64,000 bases of DNA, from contig NW_002060952.1 in NCBI RefSeq assembly GCF_000150275.1, positions 1,292,452 through 1,356,451 of the forward strand, read 5' to 3'. Every line of letters begins with the position of its first letter. Positions within the stretch are counted from its first letter, which is position 1. Below the pieces are notes generated by a model that saw nothing but the letters and a program-made list of their open reading frames with translations, had not been told where the DNA came from and did not search any database. A program made the translations under genes and the position numbers. Below are positions 25,618 through 41,298 of the stretch, piece after piece. This DNA comes from Trichoplax adhaerens. Its lineage: Eukaryota; Animalia; Placozoa.

Positions 25618-27752
25618 ATTATCAATCTTGACACAATCTTTATGTTATATCAGCAGTGATTGATTCAAGATCTACAAGTTTGTTAGCCATAATTGTGTTA
25701 GATAAATCAAATCTGATCATTTACCGATTCAAAATAATGATAGGCAGACCATCCATATAATTATTCTAATGATGAGTATGATTATTCTAATCATGATACC
25801 AAGATAGTCTTAACTAGAAAGTTAATTAAAAACATAGTTGTTGTTATCGCAAGTTATGCTAACCTATTTAACCTTGCCTCTGTATGATAAATCCTACCGA
25901 TCAATTTGTTATCAAGGCTATCAAATCAAAATCGATACTATCGCCGATCAAAAAGCAATCAATCATTTTTTAAAGTCTTCTTAAACGTCAAAAACTAGAT
26001 AACCCCCCTTTTGAATATAGTTATGTCAGCCTATAAAATTAACTATTGATATCAATTAACTCGATTAGTTAGCCAAGATCTTTTGCAATTATCCAATTTT
26101 AATAATACAGCTCAAGGTTATTTCTAACGTTATAGAACCTTTATTTCTTTAAGCTGTATTACAAAAATTTTTTCAATTTATTAAGTAATGTATGATTAGA
26201 TCTCTTCTCTTTTTTTTGTCTTGATACTCTTTTTTACAAAATCCAATCGAGCTTTGTTGACAAATTGGCGATAATTGTTTAAGATTAAGATCGTATGCAC
26301 AGATAGATATAGCCTATCATGACCTTTTTCAATACATCCGTCCTACAACAATTTTTACTTTAATAACTTTTAGTATTGTCACGCTTAATAATTAATGTAA
26401 GAAATGGAGAGAATATTAAGGCTGTAATAGCCAAGGCAAAAAAATGGCATAAGAACGATGGACTGGATAAATTGGATACAAGGATTATTAGCATAGATTA
26501 AGATTGATTTTACTTACCCCGATTATATATAGATCAAATATCATCATTTAATTTAAATAATAGCAACTTTAACTTATTTTCTAATCCCTAATGCGCCTTT
26601 TCCAAGGTTAATCAACTCTTAAGCTAACGTTTTAATAGGACAGCGATGGTATTAGGTCTGTTTTCTATTTTAGGACATAAGTCAGAATAAAAGAATAACA
26701 TTGAGTTGAAATTACTTTACTCCTAGCTATTCTCTCTATACCTTGCACGATTACGGTACTGTAAATCAAATAATATTCATTTCGCTGAGAATCAGCATCC
26801 CGCTCATCACTACAAAGTATAGATTTAAGATTAAGATAATAGAGTGGAGAATAGGAAATCAAAACAAAAAAATTGTACCTATTTCAAAATCAAAATAAGT
26901 AATTCATTCATTGCTTTCTATTCACTTTGTAGCTTATTTAATTTCCATTTTTCTCTATAGTTTCTGTAGAATAGACAAGTTTGAACCGAGTTCTACCAAA
27001 ACATGATTAATACCAATACTTGACTTTCAACTAGGCTGCAGTATTGTTGCTGCTCAATCACATGAATCAATTTCTGTTAGCTAATCTTGTTGTTATTTAA
27101 ATAATAGCTAATTCAAACTTGAAGACAACGACAAAAGATAGTCTATGTTAATCACAGATGTTGAAATGTTTTATTATCCTATCAAACAATCATTGATTGC
27201 AACTGTTACTAAATTCAAAATCATCATCTATTATGATGTCAATTACATAGTGCAATATATTTCCCTCATCATAGCTAGCTAGCTATTTTAGATGATTGCA
27301 TTGTACGATTTTTTCTTTTGCTTGTATCGATTTATTTTTATATTTCATATCGCATTGTCTACAAAGCTATTTTTATTCCTTGATCGATTTTACTACCGAC
27401 ATTATTTACCTAATCAGGATGAACGTAAATGTCAGCAAGAAAGAAGAGTGAATTTTTCTGTTCACACATTCTATTGCTTGTCTGATAAAGTACGCCATTT
27501 CATTTTTTAAAATTCCATTAGTTTTCCGCTGACATCATTGCTATTATCTGTAAAGATGGCATGATTTATTTGTTTCCATTGCCTTCAAGTTATTTTAGTG
27601 TCTCCAGTCTAACGACATTGTATGACTACCATGACTAACCTGCATAGATATTTTGGCCTCATTTACTACAACGTCTTCTCTGACTTACACCATCAGTCGA
27701 ATATTAATCCGTAATACAATTACTCCAAGTCAATAGTTCCAACTATTTATAA

Positions 27753-27782
27753 ATATATATGCATATATATATATATATATAT
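27753..27782. repeat. (TA)n microsatellite, interrupted
   Basis: atatatatgcatatatatatatatatatat. Confidence 0.85.
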
Positions 27783-30700
27783 CGATTAAATTTGCAACCA
27801 TCAAGATCTACATATTTTGCTAGTCTGTAATATGGTAGCATGTACCGACAGTAATCTGATCTAATTGAACAATAATGATAAGATATTTACCAATACCTAT
27901 CGGTAAGTTTGTTGAATTCCATCGTTAACGATGACAAAATTATCTACTTGAAAAAATGAATGATATACCCATGTAAGTTATTAGGATACAACATCTGTAC
28001 CAATAAATGTATCATACACCTAGATCAGCAGATAGATTATCATTATAAATAACGGTATCCTGAAATTGAATATGATGCTGGTGATATAGTTACTGATAAT
28101 TATCGTCACCAATATTTCAATAGGCTCTAAAATAATTTATTTTATAGTCTATTCCAACACAGTATGAAGCTAGAAATATGAAAATTTTTATCGCGAATTT
28201 TCTGAAATAGCTAAATTGTGTTCTAAGAGCAACAATAATGACAAAACTAAAATTCCTAGTACGTAGGACTTGCGATGGACCCTTTAATTGAGAAAATGAT
28301 TTAACCCAGTCACTAGAATAAAATCTGAAATAAAAAACAGATAGAATAAAATTGTTTTCTTGTTGATCATATGATCGGATTTCGTTATCCTACTGTATGG
28401 CTGGATTGTTATGATACAGATGTGATCTACTTTATTCCATAACGTGATTTCAACATTTTTTCTCATCGTATCTAAACCTTATTAATAGATAATATCTTGT
28501 ATAATCCATTCAAGATATTATATAACTAAATTTGCCATTCTGAAAAATAATAATGTATTTGTATATTCTTTATATAATCAATTGGCGAGGGAAAAGAATC
28601 TAAATAATGAGTATGGAAAGTTAAGGCCCTAATATCAATCTGATTTGCAATCAAATTGTTCCTCTAGACGATAGTTTGGAATTATTCAATAACTATTTAT
28701 TACGTGACATTAAACAATAAGAAATTATTATTTAATACATAGGCCGGAAAGTATCCCTTTGGCATTAACTTGATCTACCTCTATATTGATTTATATTAGT
28801 TCTGTTGATGACTCATGATGCATCTTAATAGCTTATAATAGTTCCTTTTTAGCTCATGTTGTTATTAAATTTGATGTTATTTCCTTCCTTGAAATCGGCT
28901 AATTCTAACCTTGGCGTTGACAATTTTATGTTAGAATATGTTGATAAATTGTAATGAGACGAGAATCCGTTATCCTATATCATGATTGATTCAGTCGACC
29001 TTAACAACTAAAAGTTTACGTCCAGTTCTATTTCTGAAGTTGAAAATAATATTTAGTACTAATGTAATGTAAACGATTTTATTTCATTTTGTGTTTAAAT
29101 ATTTGAAAAATTTATAGTAAATTGATGCAAGATTCCTACTTCACTTTTATTACTATTAAATCCATTTTGATAACCATTGAGTGTAAATTAAAATTAATCA
29201 GCTCAGTAAATTGACTGTAATATTTATTGAATTTAGCTACAACTATAATCATTTACCCTCCAATGTACTAATTTTACATACGATATTTTTTCTCTTCTAT
29301 TTTATTGTCAGCTGTGTACAAAAAAAATATGAATACTGCAAGCAAGTCAATTCCAAACAAGTATCAATTTGTCATTGGAAACGAAAAGTGTGAATTGAGT
29401 GATAAAGAAAGTACGTATAAACAACATGACAATAGATTTTTAAAATATAATTTCTAGTTAGAAATGTCCTGGTTGCTGATTTAATGATGAGATTAATAGA
29501 GTGGGAAGAAATAGGGTAGATTTAATTAATATTTTCATTTATTAGTTCACTTTTCAATTATTCAGCTATTTATTTTCACGATAGCAAAATATTTTAGATG
29601 CTTGACCTAGAATTTTTCACCTTCAACTACATAATTAAACAATATTATTATTTATTACCATGATCATAAGTAGAGTATTGATTGGAAGTGATCATCATTG
29701 TTAAACTATTAACTTAAAGATTGTTAACCATTGAAACGAAATTAATTGAATCCAATCAACCGCTAATTATATCATAAGTTATAATCTATTCTTGGCTACT
29801 AAGTGAAATAAGTCACTTCCATCTTGATCCATGACTTGGATCAATTTTTTAATTGATTAAAAATAGCGTTCTGGTGATTGAATTTCAATTAGTCTTATCG
29901 TAATTATCTCGGAAGTGATCTTACCAAGTTTAATTTCTGCATGGATTGGATTTGTCTGAAAATTTTTAAGTGGTCAGACAGGATGACTATTTCCTAAAAA
30001 ATTAGTTGTTATAATTATTATAATAATTACGATTATTCATTCATCATCAATGGATTGAATTTGAAATTACTGAGATAGCTAGCCTATTTCATTATGCCCT
30101 TCTTGAAATAATGACATCAGTTACACGCTTTAACAATTAAGTTCATAATACAATCAAGACAATGCATAGACTCTCCATTTAAATAACAATCTATTACATC
30201 ATATTAAAAGAAAAAAAGTTCACAGTAGAATAATAATAATGAATTGCCCAATGATTACGTCAATTTCACATCATCTTTTTGATTTCTTGAATCAATAATC
30301 ATGACAATAGGTCACCAATGTCTTTATGTAGCCCTTACTCGGACACCCCAAATTATCTAATTTGAGAGAACAGAATGATTTAACTTCATGCAATATTAAT
30401 CAATAGTATACATTACAAATGGAAGTGGATAAAAAAAATATTGGCTTAACGGTTATCAGGTGAAGATATCCTGTAAGCTATGGCTTTTTCCTAATGTCAC
30501 TAATTCTATAGAAAAACATTATTTGGTGCTATTATATATAATATCTAATATAATTATACATCAACATAGTCTAAATTATAATTTAAAATACTCTTACTGT
30601 CCCACTTCATAGCTCGATTAGCTTAAGGAATCCAACTTTAATAATCATTATATTTGTTCTAATTAATCCACAGCACTGTAAATCTATATTTTACGATTAA

Positions 30701-33700
30701 TTTCCATTTTGTATGCAGTTGAGCTCGGAGTTGATATCATGGCTAAAACATTACACTAAATCAATTTACAAATTATTACTATCAGCGATTATATTAGAAT
30801 TTAAATTAGTAGTAGCTTACACTACTATTCATTGCTGCACTATTACTATAAAAGTTGTTATCGCAATCATTAGACATTATGATAGAGTTTAGTTTAATTC
30901 AGTTCGATCGAGAGTAACAAATGGATTTGATTGAGTTAAAATGAACAAACTTATATATTTATCTAAAACATAGCAGTTTGGATGGTTTTCTAAATTCCGA
31001 TAATCAGCTGAGAGATTATTTTATTCCACTCAAAACAAAACTTTTGATCCCCGCACTACCTTTATCTATTCTAATAGTTCATTATGAACAACTAGAGCAG
31101 ATTCGATAGGAATTACTTTCTAATACAGACATTATGTATAGTTACTATCGGCAAATAAAGGAAAGATAGATCGATTTGGAAATTTTCAATTGGTTAACAT
31201 TTCCAATAATGTAGTACGGAAGTTAGATAAGTTTTATAGGACAATTAACATCCGTTACCATGCTATCAATAAAGCAGTCACGATTCAATCAATATAATAT
31301 ATCCGCTAATGATATGCTATTTATAACTGATCTTCAAATCGGACAGAATAGGTCTTTTAAGCCATATAACCATCGAAATGAACAGGCCTCTGCCTAGATT
31401 CTTCTATCTAGTTGAGCTTGCCGATTCAAGCATGAGGCATTAACTATAAATCATCTTCTAAATCTTTTATTCCACTACTATACAATGATTGTCAGTAATT
31501 TTATTGAAATTATTTAAATTGCACAGTATCCCACTTAATGCTTTGATGATTAGTCCTAGCAAACAATTATGTAAGCATTTTAATCACGTAGGCAGGAATA
31601 GGTTAAATCTCATCAGAATTATTCAATATATGTATTCCACTTGGTAGTTTGAAAAAAAACGTGAGCTTTCATGAAGTCATTAAGCTTCTTCCTTTCACTG
31701 CATTCTGCGCCATCTATTGATATATTACAAGGAGTTAATTATGGTTTAAAAGATTAACATAATCCCAGAATATGTCTAATTTTTATTTCCACCGTCTAAT
31801 TTCACCTTCTTCCACATCCAATCATGCTGACTTAAAATTGAAAAAATTTCCGTTCCTTGTATAATTAAATCATTTATTACGTAAATTTATATAAACGAGG
31901 CCGGATGCGAAATCGATCATTTTGCAAAATGCCTCACTGTTATCGATATATAGATTCTAATAGTCTTCTTCAGCCTTTAGCTATTTACATTTTCGTCTTT
32001 TCTACTCTTTACACTTTCCTACTGAATATGATACTCTGCCTTCATAAATCAGTTAAAATAATTTGTAGAGTGTAATAACTGACATCAGTCAACGATAAAA
32101 ATTTACTAATTATGTATTTACGCATAAAATTTACTAGTGACAGTCAGTTTCTACGGTAGCAAGCAAAATATTTAGAATCTATGTCAAATTTTAAAATTCG
32201 CAATCACTTATGCAAATTGATTAGAATCAAGTCATACTACTAATCAACGACGACTGTATTCAGTCATCTTAGTTTCTATAAACGTCTTGAATAGTACCTT
32301 TCTTGACTATAACATACGACTAAATTAATTATCCTTTACCCAGTACAGTTAAATTTTGATTATTTATTATGTCATCTATTTTTATGATAATATTATAAAT
32401 ACTGCTTTCCAACGATACAGCATGAATCCTAGCAACAAAATGATCTTTAATAGGTTAGATTGTTGTGTAGAATATAAGTTACCAGAATCATTACAAACTA
32501 GGTGAAAATCTAATATTATCCACTACTTGATGTCTGCTTAATCGAATCCACTAATGCATCAGGCTATTTAAACATCAAAACAATCGTAGCCGCTAGAAGC
32601 GTTACGCAATTGCAAACTACCCAGATGCCAAAAACCGTTTGATAACTAATTTATTATTGATAATCTTTGAAGCCTAAACCGGTATAACAGACGATTTTAG
32701 TTTGAAAGTAGTTCACTAGCAGAAATTGCACTATGATCGACCGGTCGACAGCATATATCAATCAAAACTCCTAATTATTATTGTCTATGATCCTTGAACT
32801 TTAAATGCGATTGTGTCTAGTAGAATATCTGTAACTTCTTTTTTAATACGATAACATGTATAGAAGACATGAAAGTATAAAATACTTAAATTAAATCGTG
32901 CAAGCGTGTGGGAACTATAGATCTTTTCTATTAGACAAGTAGTCAAAACCATCACTTTCAATATTTAAGTTTCCTCACAAAAGATCATTAAATTTATTAT
33001 GTCTTCAACCAGTTAACGTCTACACTACCTAGTAACGATTTATTACTTTGTAATTTGCTTAACAACTAGACAGTTGCTACGTATACATTGGTAAAATAGT
33101 AAACTAACACGATAATCAGTTTCAACCCTATCAGACGATTTAATCTGTTTACATTCAGCGTTTGAAAAATACAGAATTAATTTATATGACTTTGACCTTT
33201 ATTTCCTGAGCTTGCATCACTCTCTTTTAATAATTTCTCTTTAGTACGAAGATAAGCCAGTAATGATACTGTAGTACAACATTTAAAATCGGTTTATTTT
33301 TCATTATCAGCACAATTTCTTAAATTGTAGTGACTATTGTCTATTATATCGGTTAAATTGCTAATCTTTTAATGGATCGTTCTTATTTACTAATACACTA
33401 AAAGCATCTGCCGCTATTGATTACTACTACAGTAGATATAAAAATGGTCTTATATCACCATCTATCACCTGAATAGATAGTACAAATGCTTTTGAGGTTA
33501 TAAAGGGCTGCAAATGACATAATCATTTTCATTTTTCGTAAGATATAAAAGCCTTTATAAATTAAAGTAATTAATGTAATATTGAACATATTCCCAGACT
33601 TATAGCCGACCATTAAACAAACATCTTGCTTGAGAATTTAAGATTGCTAACAACAATTTTACTACATTAAATTTCGTCAGCAGAGCGCTTTATACAAAAG

Positions 33701-36700
33701 CATGGCTTCTATTATACCAAATATTAATAACCAACATGTAAAATTGAATTTAAAAGAATGAACTAGAAACAATCATTTCCATATCTAACGCTCCATCTAT
33801 AAACTTCAGATACCGACTTCAGTGGTAAAAAAATAGCCTATAAACACTTTTATACGCAATGTTAGTCCCTTCAAAGATAATTAAGTTAAATTCAATACTA
33901 CAAATAGCTTGATCTGTGATGGCAATATCGTTTTATATTAGTCTACCCATGAAAATCACATGAAGAGAATTTTATGGATATTAGTGAATTAAAGATTGGA
34001 AGCATTACATTCAAACGCTCCACAAAAGCTAATTTAGAGGGTAAATATTATATTGTTCTCGATTGAATATTTTGGGATCATTTTATTTACTTTACGTATA
34101 AGTTGCGCTTTAATACCCTATTAAATAGCTTTTGGACTTATCCAAGGCACAATTCATCATCGCGTACTGTTATACTATCAATAGTCACTGTTAGTAACCA
34201 TCCTACAGTAATTCTATTGGTAAGATTGCAATACTAAGTGAATAGAATAATCTTTATCAAATCGGTTGTAATAAATTAAAAGACTTAATCAATTCATCAG
34301 GATTACCAAATGTATTGGTACCTTATTTAAGTTTCCATATAATAAAAAAAATTGATCACAGCCGTTTGCCCTTTACTCTTTAATCAAACTTAAATTCCTA
34401 TATTAGAAATTAAGTGCTATAATTATATAGTAAAGAAAAAATCATATCGTGAAACTTTAACATCAGAGCTTTTATCTTCCACTTCTTGAGTATACAATTC
34501 TTCGATTTTAAATTTCCTAGAATATTAACACATGATTAAGATATTTTTATTTAACGGATTGATGATGATGGTATTGTTCGTATATTGCGCATATTGATTT
34601 ATGAAATTTTATTAAAATTGATTATTTCTAAGCGATCAGATTAAATTATTTTATACATGAGAATTACATGCATAGGTGGCCTATGCTGTCAGATAGTTGA
34701 TTGAGGACAAGAAATGAGAGAGAGTGTAGGAAATAGAGGAAGGAAGAAAAAAATGGGGAATTGAAAACGTTCAATTTTATTGTAATTATATGTCTATGTA
34801 CAGGGCAAAGAAAATTAGATACGTTACACTGCTAGACATTATCATAACATCAAGACAAAACAACTACAAGACAGGAAATTAATAATCTTCCATAATCATT
34901 AGCTACAATAATTATTAGCCTTAATTTCAACTGAGAAATGATATTGAATTGATGATAGCATTAATTTTAGTATTTACTTAAAAATCAACACCACTTATTT
35001 TTACCTACAGATTACCATAATGGCTGAATAAAATTTACTTTAGAGTACATATATTATTCCTTGGTTAGCGTATTAGAATGTAATATTTTCAAGTATGCAT
35101 TGATTTAATTACCGTTTCAATCAAGTCATATAGACAGTCAATAATGGCATATTGTAGGTTTTCAATTTTATTGCAGTCTTAACAGTTAAAATTTTATATT
35201 GTCAAAATTCATCGATGCAGTAATATGGTATTTATCGCCGGGCGAAATGAAAGCTAGTAACCTAACTAATTATCAGTTGAAGCAGTAGGAATAACTTTAC
35301 CTAATTCTATATTAGCACGAAGTCGATCAATGTTAGAAATTATTAATACGAAAGAACGATATATTTTTTATCTGTTTAAGAAACTATTTGACATGTCTTA
35401 CGGCTTGAATTTTAAGTTAATAAGTTTTGTTTAATTTTCTTGCGTTAATCCATCAATATCATTTATTCTGTATTAATACGATCTCACTTAAAGTTAGTAA
35501 TATCAATCAATTAATTTTACATGCTGTCGTCTCAATACACCCACATACATGCTATTAAGGATATGAAAATAATTTTTTGATATTAATTTTATGCATATTA
35601 CTTGAGACCAGATAATAATTACTTTTACTGTCCTAATAAATATTTTTTCTACTTGATGATTGTGTTATCGTCAATGATGACAAGTATAATAATCGACATC
35701 CCATTTGATTTGTACTAAATAGCCATCGATTCCTATTAGAATTGCATCAATGCTAATCCAGAGTCGCCAAATTCTCATTAACCACTAACAATTATTACCC
35801 AATATTGACAGAAAGTTGTTTTATCTAATCTTGCATTTTTATGGTAGTTATTGTTTAATTTGTTGTTTTGCTGAATGATTCAGGCTTCTTTGAAATCATT
35901 ATGTGCGTCCTATAATTTAATTTTAAGATATCGTATCAAAATTACGGTTAAGGTCAATATATATGTGGAAGCATGTATTGTCTAATGCATCTGTAAAATG
36001 ACAATACACGTTAGGCGCAAATGAAGAGAGAATAGATTAGATTCTGTTCCAGCGGATTAAAAAACAAAATCAACTTGCTAACGACTCTAACTTCAATTCT
36101 TCATAAAGTTTATTAGTTAAACATCACCGTTAAGACAATCTTGAAATTTCAACGATCATCATTATTTGAACATCAATCTTTATGGTTTATTCCATTAACT
36201 TGTAGTGCTATCCTACCTAGAGGAAAAAAATTACCATCAAATCAATGACTCATCTAATTTATTACTTACATTATAATTGCGGAACAAGCATTCAATGATC
36301 TTTTTCTTCATAAAATGAGTGAATTTTCAATCTATTTCCATTCTATATCCAATATAATGCTTCTATCTGCTAGAGTCTCACCAATGAAATTAAGCAAGCA
36401 TTCACCAAATTCAGATTGATTAATTATCGTCCATTTTCTTACATCTTGTCATCCATATTACTACTTAATAGCGCCACAAAGCCATAAAACAACTTCAAAT
36501 CTATTTTTTGTATGCCAAATCCGCTTGTTACCTTTACTTATCGTATTTTTCCCTTTAATTTTAAAGTTACCCTTTAGTTATTAACAAGGGTTTTTATTAG
36601 AAACTAAGAAGGCGACAATTTGGCCTAATTATCATAGTAATGCTCCATCCTAGTTCGATTCAAATTTTCTTCCTTAGCCTTTAAATAATCTATTATCACT

Positions 36701-36779
36701 TAAAAAAACTAATTGTTCAAGACATACATCTTCAGCTTTTATTTATTTATCCTGAGAAATAAAATTAAATTACTCATAA

Positions 36780-37166
<387 letters not shown>

Positions 37167-37352
37167 TAAATTTCCTTCTTAGAATAATAACGATGAAGTG
37201 TTGTTTTACAGAAAGCAATTACTTAGCTCGCCCTTAGAGTTATGATAGTTGTCAATGGCTACAAACACGTACAATTTCTAATTGCACTTGATCATGATGT
37301 CTGAAGATAAACTCAACCTACTTTACTAATCTATTATCTTAATGTATACTAG

Positions 37353-37787
37353 GTTTGGTTTAAAAATCGACGAGCAAAATGGCGCAAACGCGAACGATGC
37401 GGTAATTCTAGCAATGGCTACGACAAAGACAATTTTAGCGATTTTTATAAGCGAGATTATCAGAATAGCGCCGTGCTGTATGGCTCTACATTTTTATCAC
37501 CTAGCCATTGCTGGAATCTACCAAATAACCAGACAGCAGCAGCTGCTGCCGCTGCTGCTGCTGCTGCAGTCAGTTCTTACCAATATCCAACCTACTGTCC
37601 TATTCAGCCTTATGCAAACCCTTCTATGTGCTGTTCATCACGGGAAACACCAAGCTATTTATCATCACCTAATTTGAGCCTTTTGCCAAGATATGGCTAT
37701 CATCCTCAGTGTCCAACAAATAGTGTTGCCGATTTACGTTTAAAAGCTAAACAACATGCGGCTTCTATTGCAGCAAATATTAACTAA
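37353..37787 (+). CDS. Pitx: Pitx coding exon 2 (homeodomain helix 3 with K50, poly-Ala, OAR motif)
   Basis: Branch-like TACTAAT and AG at 37352, then VWFKNRRAKWRKRER (K50), Ala11 at 37536-37568, OAR NSVADLRLKAKQH at 37719-37757, and TAA at 37785-37787. The intron lies at the PRD-class position between homeodomain codons 46 and 47. Spliced product is 213 aa. Confidence 0.96.
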   Translation, partial: VWFKNRRAKWRKRERCGNSSNGYDKDNFSDFYKRDYQNSAVLYGSTFLSPSHCWNLPNNQTAAAAAAAAAAAVSSYQYPTYCPIQPYANPSMCCSSRETPSYLSSPNLSLLPRYGYHPQCPTNSVADLRLKAKQHAASIAANIN

Positions 37788-37991
37788 TTTAGCTATGGCA
37801 TGATCGTCATCATCATCTTCATAAATTTTCTCCCTTAACCATCATAAGTAAGCAAATAGTATCAACATTTTACAATGGGACATTTTTTCTCATGGAATTA
37901 GACATGGTACATAGTAAGTTCAAATTATATTGACATCGACTATCACATCAAATGTCGCTGCAGCTGTAAGAAACAATTGGCACATCTTAAG

Positions 37992-37997
37992 AATAAA
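37992..37997 (+). terminator. Candidate Pitx polyadenylation signal
   Basis: First AATAAA, ~205 nt after the stop codon. Confidence 0.5.
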
Positions 37998-39736
37998 ATA
38001 TATACAAGGTTGCACCATTTTGTGATGAAAACCTATCTCATGTTATTCTCATGGAGGTAGGCTTGAAATAATTCTATCAACATAGCTACAAGATGATGAA
38101 AAGACGAAAATATTCATATGCTGGATAATTATGTAACTCTTCCCCTATTATTTTCCTTGAATTGATTTAATTGCAACATTATTTCCGTAGCCAATGGGAC
38201 TGTTTAATAGCTGTTAAGACCAAGAATGTCAAAGATCATCTGAATTCAAACCCTCTAAGCATGATCATACATGTTGGCGATAAAAGCTCTTAAAAAGAAG
38301 TCCATACATCGATGCATGATTTTCAGTCATACTTTCAAAATATTCCGCTAGTGTATAGTTATAAAAGTCTTCAATAATATTTGTTCCAACTCTATGTGTA
38401 GATACCAAGGATTTCGAAAACGATGGCTATTTAGGAGTTATTATATATTATTATTATACTTGTATTTTATGTTATTTTGAATCATCGTTAGTTAATAACC
38501 ACAAATGCCATAAATTGAACAAGAAATGGCATAGCGGTATTACTATGGAATTCAAAGAAACTTTCAAGATATCTCACCTGAAATTTATTTGGTGTTATAA
38601 CTTGTCACTTTAGATCATCATCAATCTACTTATAACATCTGATATTTAATCCTATTTGGTGTCTTTGTGGTAAATAAGATACCAAAAAGCTGATCATAAA
38701 TCCACGATCGTCGGTCCACTTGGTTCTTAAACGTGGATATATATAAAATATGTGCGCAAATATATATATTATATCTTGATATAGAATTACGAGACTACAG
38801 CTCGAATGATAATACCAAGCATATGTCATATAATACGTCGCAGATATTTATTCGATTCTAGATAGTTATATTCAAAGTTTAGCTAGTATTATTCGTCAGT
38901 ATAAATCAGTTCATTCTTCTCGATTTTAATAAATAAATTTCCTTCATTTTTATATCGATTACATAAGATAAGGTCACTTGATAATTTCGTAGTACTAAAC
39001 CTATCCCTCAAAACACGCTTTGTTGTTAATTCGAAAAATTTGTAAAAAAATATTCGAATGTATAACATGAATTAGATTCGATCTAAAGGTCTTCTAAAGT
39101 TCTTTGTTTTCCATATCCTTCGGTGATAAAATTACACTGAAGATGTGATAGTCTTCTTAATGTTAGGTAATGATATAAATATACGCACGTACACATATCT
39201 ATAGCGATTTATTGATACCGTCTAAATGTAAAATACCAAGTAAAATTAACGGTAATTTAGTTCACATTATCAATATGAAGATCTAAATTTAATTAAAGCA
39301 TTCGATTTAAATAGTTCTGCATTATCAAATTAGGACGTTATCCCACTTTTTTTCATTCAACCAAATGAATTTTACTTTTAGCCTTGCACCCCTTGTTATG
39401 TTTAATACTATTTCTCGACTATATCTATGTTGTTTCATATTAATTTCTAGTTGTAACCTTGTTTGTTCACCCTTGTTATACGGTATTATTGAAATAGTAC
39501 ACAAGGAAGCTGCTTCATAAAATCCTAAAAATACGTTTATCGAGTAGGATAAAGCTCTTATCAAGCATTTGAAGATGGAAAAACTAAATCCATCATGTAT
39601 TCGATTAGAGATAAATTGCTGTCTTATAATAAATATAATAATCAATCAATTATGCAAGTGCTTGATTAAATTGATGCAAACTATTAACGACTGTAGTAAA
39701 TACTAACGGATAAACTTTAGTCATACTTTTAAATGT

Positions 39737-39964
39737 GACTTTTAGTAACAGTAATTAAGTTAGTATTTCGATATCAAGTTTTATTTGTCTGATTGAAGAT
39801 AAGTTAAAAATGAGATAACTTAGGACCAACTTTTCGTAATATATCATATCGACTTTTAGTAACAGTAATTAAGTTAGTATTTCAACATTAAGTTTTATTT
39901 GATCTGATTGAAGATAAATTAAAAATGAGATAGCTTACGACTAGCTTATTGCAATATATCATAT
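39737..39964. repeat. 114-bp tandem duplication
   Basis: GACTTTTAGTAACAGTAATTAAGTTAGTATTTC at 39737 and 39851. Confidence 0.92.
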
Positions 39965-40856
39965 TTACAAATATATTCATTACAGGTGCACATTTATCCA
40001 GATTGTCTCACAATTACTTTGAAATTTATTCGTTCAATGTAAATACTACTTCCTATAGCACTTTTACTGGCATTTCTAGCTAACATATACTTATTTCTTA
40101 TAGTACTAAGTAGCTTACACTTTTAAAGGTAAGGAATTAACTAATTTATGTAGTTATTGAATACTTTTAGGCATAGTAGACGATACACAGTTTAGCAGTT
40201 AAAATTGTGAATGTTTTGTTGATGCCACAGAGATAAATTTCTTGTTATTTCATGTTTCGTCTATTACCATTACAAATCGACTCCATTGACTAATATAAAT
40301 ACTATTAATAACTACAAGAGGAAATCAGCGTACACTTACTTATCAATCTATTCACCGGGTTTCGCTATATAGCTTAACATCTGTCCTGGACAATAATTGA
40401 TCTTCAAGGTATTATACGATTTAAATTAATGAATAAGACATGATATTATGGTCTTTCAACTTAGATTATAGCAGTGCATCAAATATCAAATGTATTAGCT
40501 TCAAAATTACTTTAGTATAATATTATTGTCCAATATGTGACGTAGTTAACTAATTTAGCGCTATTAAAATATATTGCGTAATGACACTACACTTGATAAT
40601 ATTGTTGCATAACGGTTATAATCGGGGTATGATTCTCAATAGCCTGAATAAATAACGATACCAAATAACCGCGAATAAATACAACAGTAATGAGAGAGGT
40701 AAGTATATAATTTTATAGTATATCAATGAGCTCAAAGCTAATGGCGTCTATCCTGCTTGTTAAAACAATTGCATTTTAAATAATTTTAATGAAATTTGTT
40801 GAATTCAGATTCGGGTGCTCGTCCTTAAAATACTGCAGAGATAATTTGTAATCATC

Positions 40857-41298
40857 TGTCACGGTACGAACTACCGTGAAGAAATAGTTATCTAAATTTG
40901 GTTAATATAATATAGTGATAATATATTACATCTAGTTCCTTACAATAGGAATTACTCTAATTATAAATGTGTTACAGTAAATTTATTGCTGTGATGTAAT
41001 GTGTGCTGAAATCACTCTGTGAATGGACATATTGTAGTCCGACTGTGAAAAACTAGTTAGTAGATGTTCTCACCCAAGTATTTTTATAAGATGACTTGTG
41101 AATGTTAGCTGCTGTAGAAGGGTATATAAGCCCGTCAGATAGTTGAATAACGGAGTTCTCAATTGTCTAGTTGAGTTTAACGTAGAATCAAAGGCGTCTA
41201 AATTCTTGTGAGGTAGTTAAGGGATACTGAATCCCGGAGACTATAGTAATTTAGAGATTTGTTTTACGTTATCCTTGTCACGAAGCTGGCTTGTGACA
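40857..41298 (+). mobile_element. Solo LTR, family B (442 bp)
   Basis: TGTCAC...GTGACA termini, perfect 5-bp TSD TCATC (40852-40856, 41299-41303), and TATATAAG at 41123. Confidence 0.75.

Noticed and set aside
37342-37677. 111-aa ORF overlapping Pitx exon 2
   Set aside because: An alternative frame starting in the intron; the Pitx frame explains the region.
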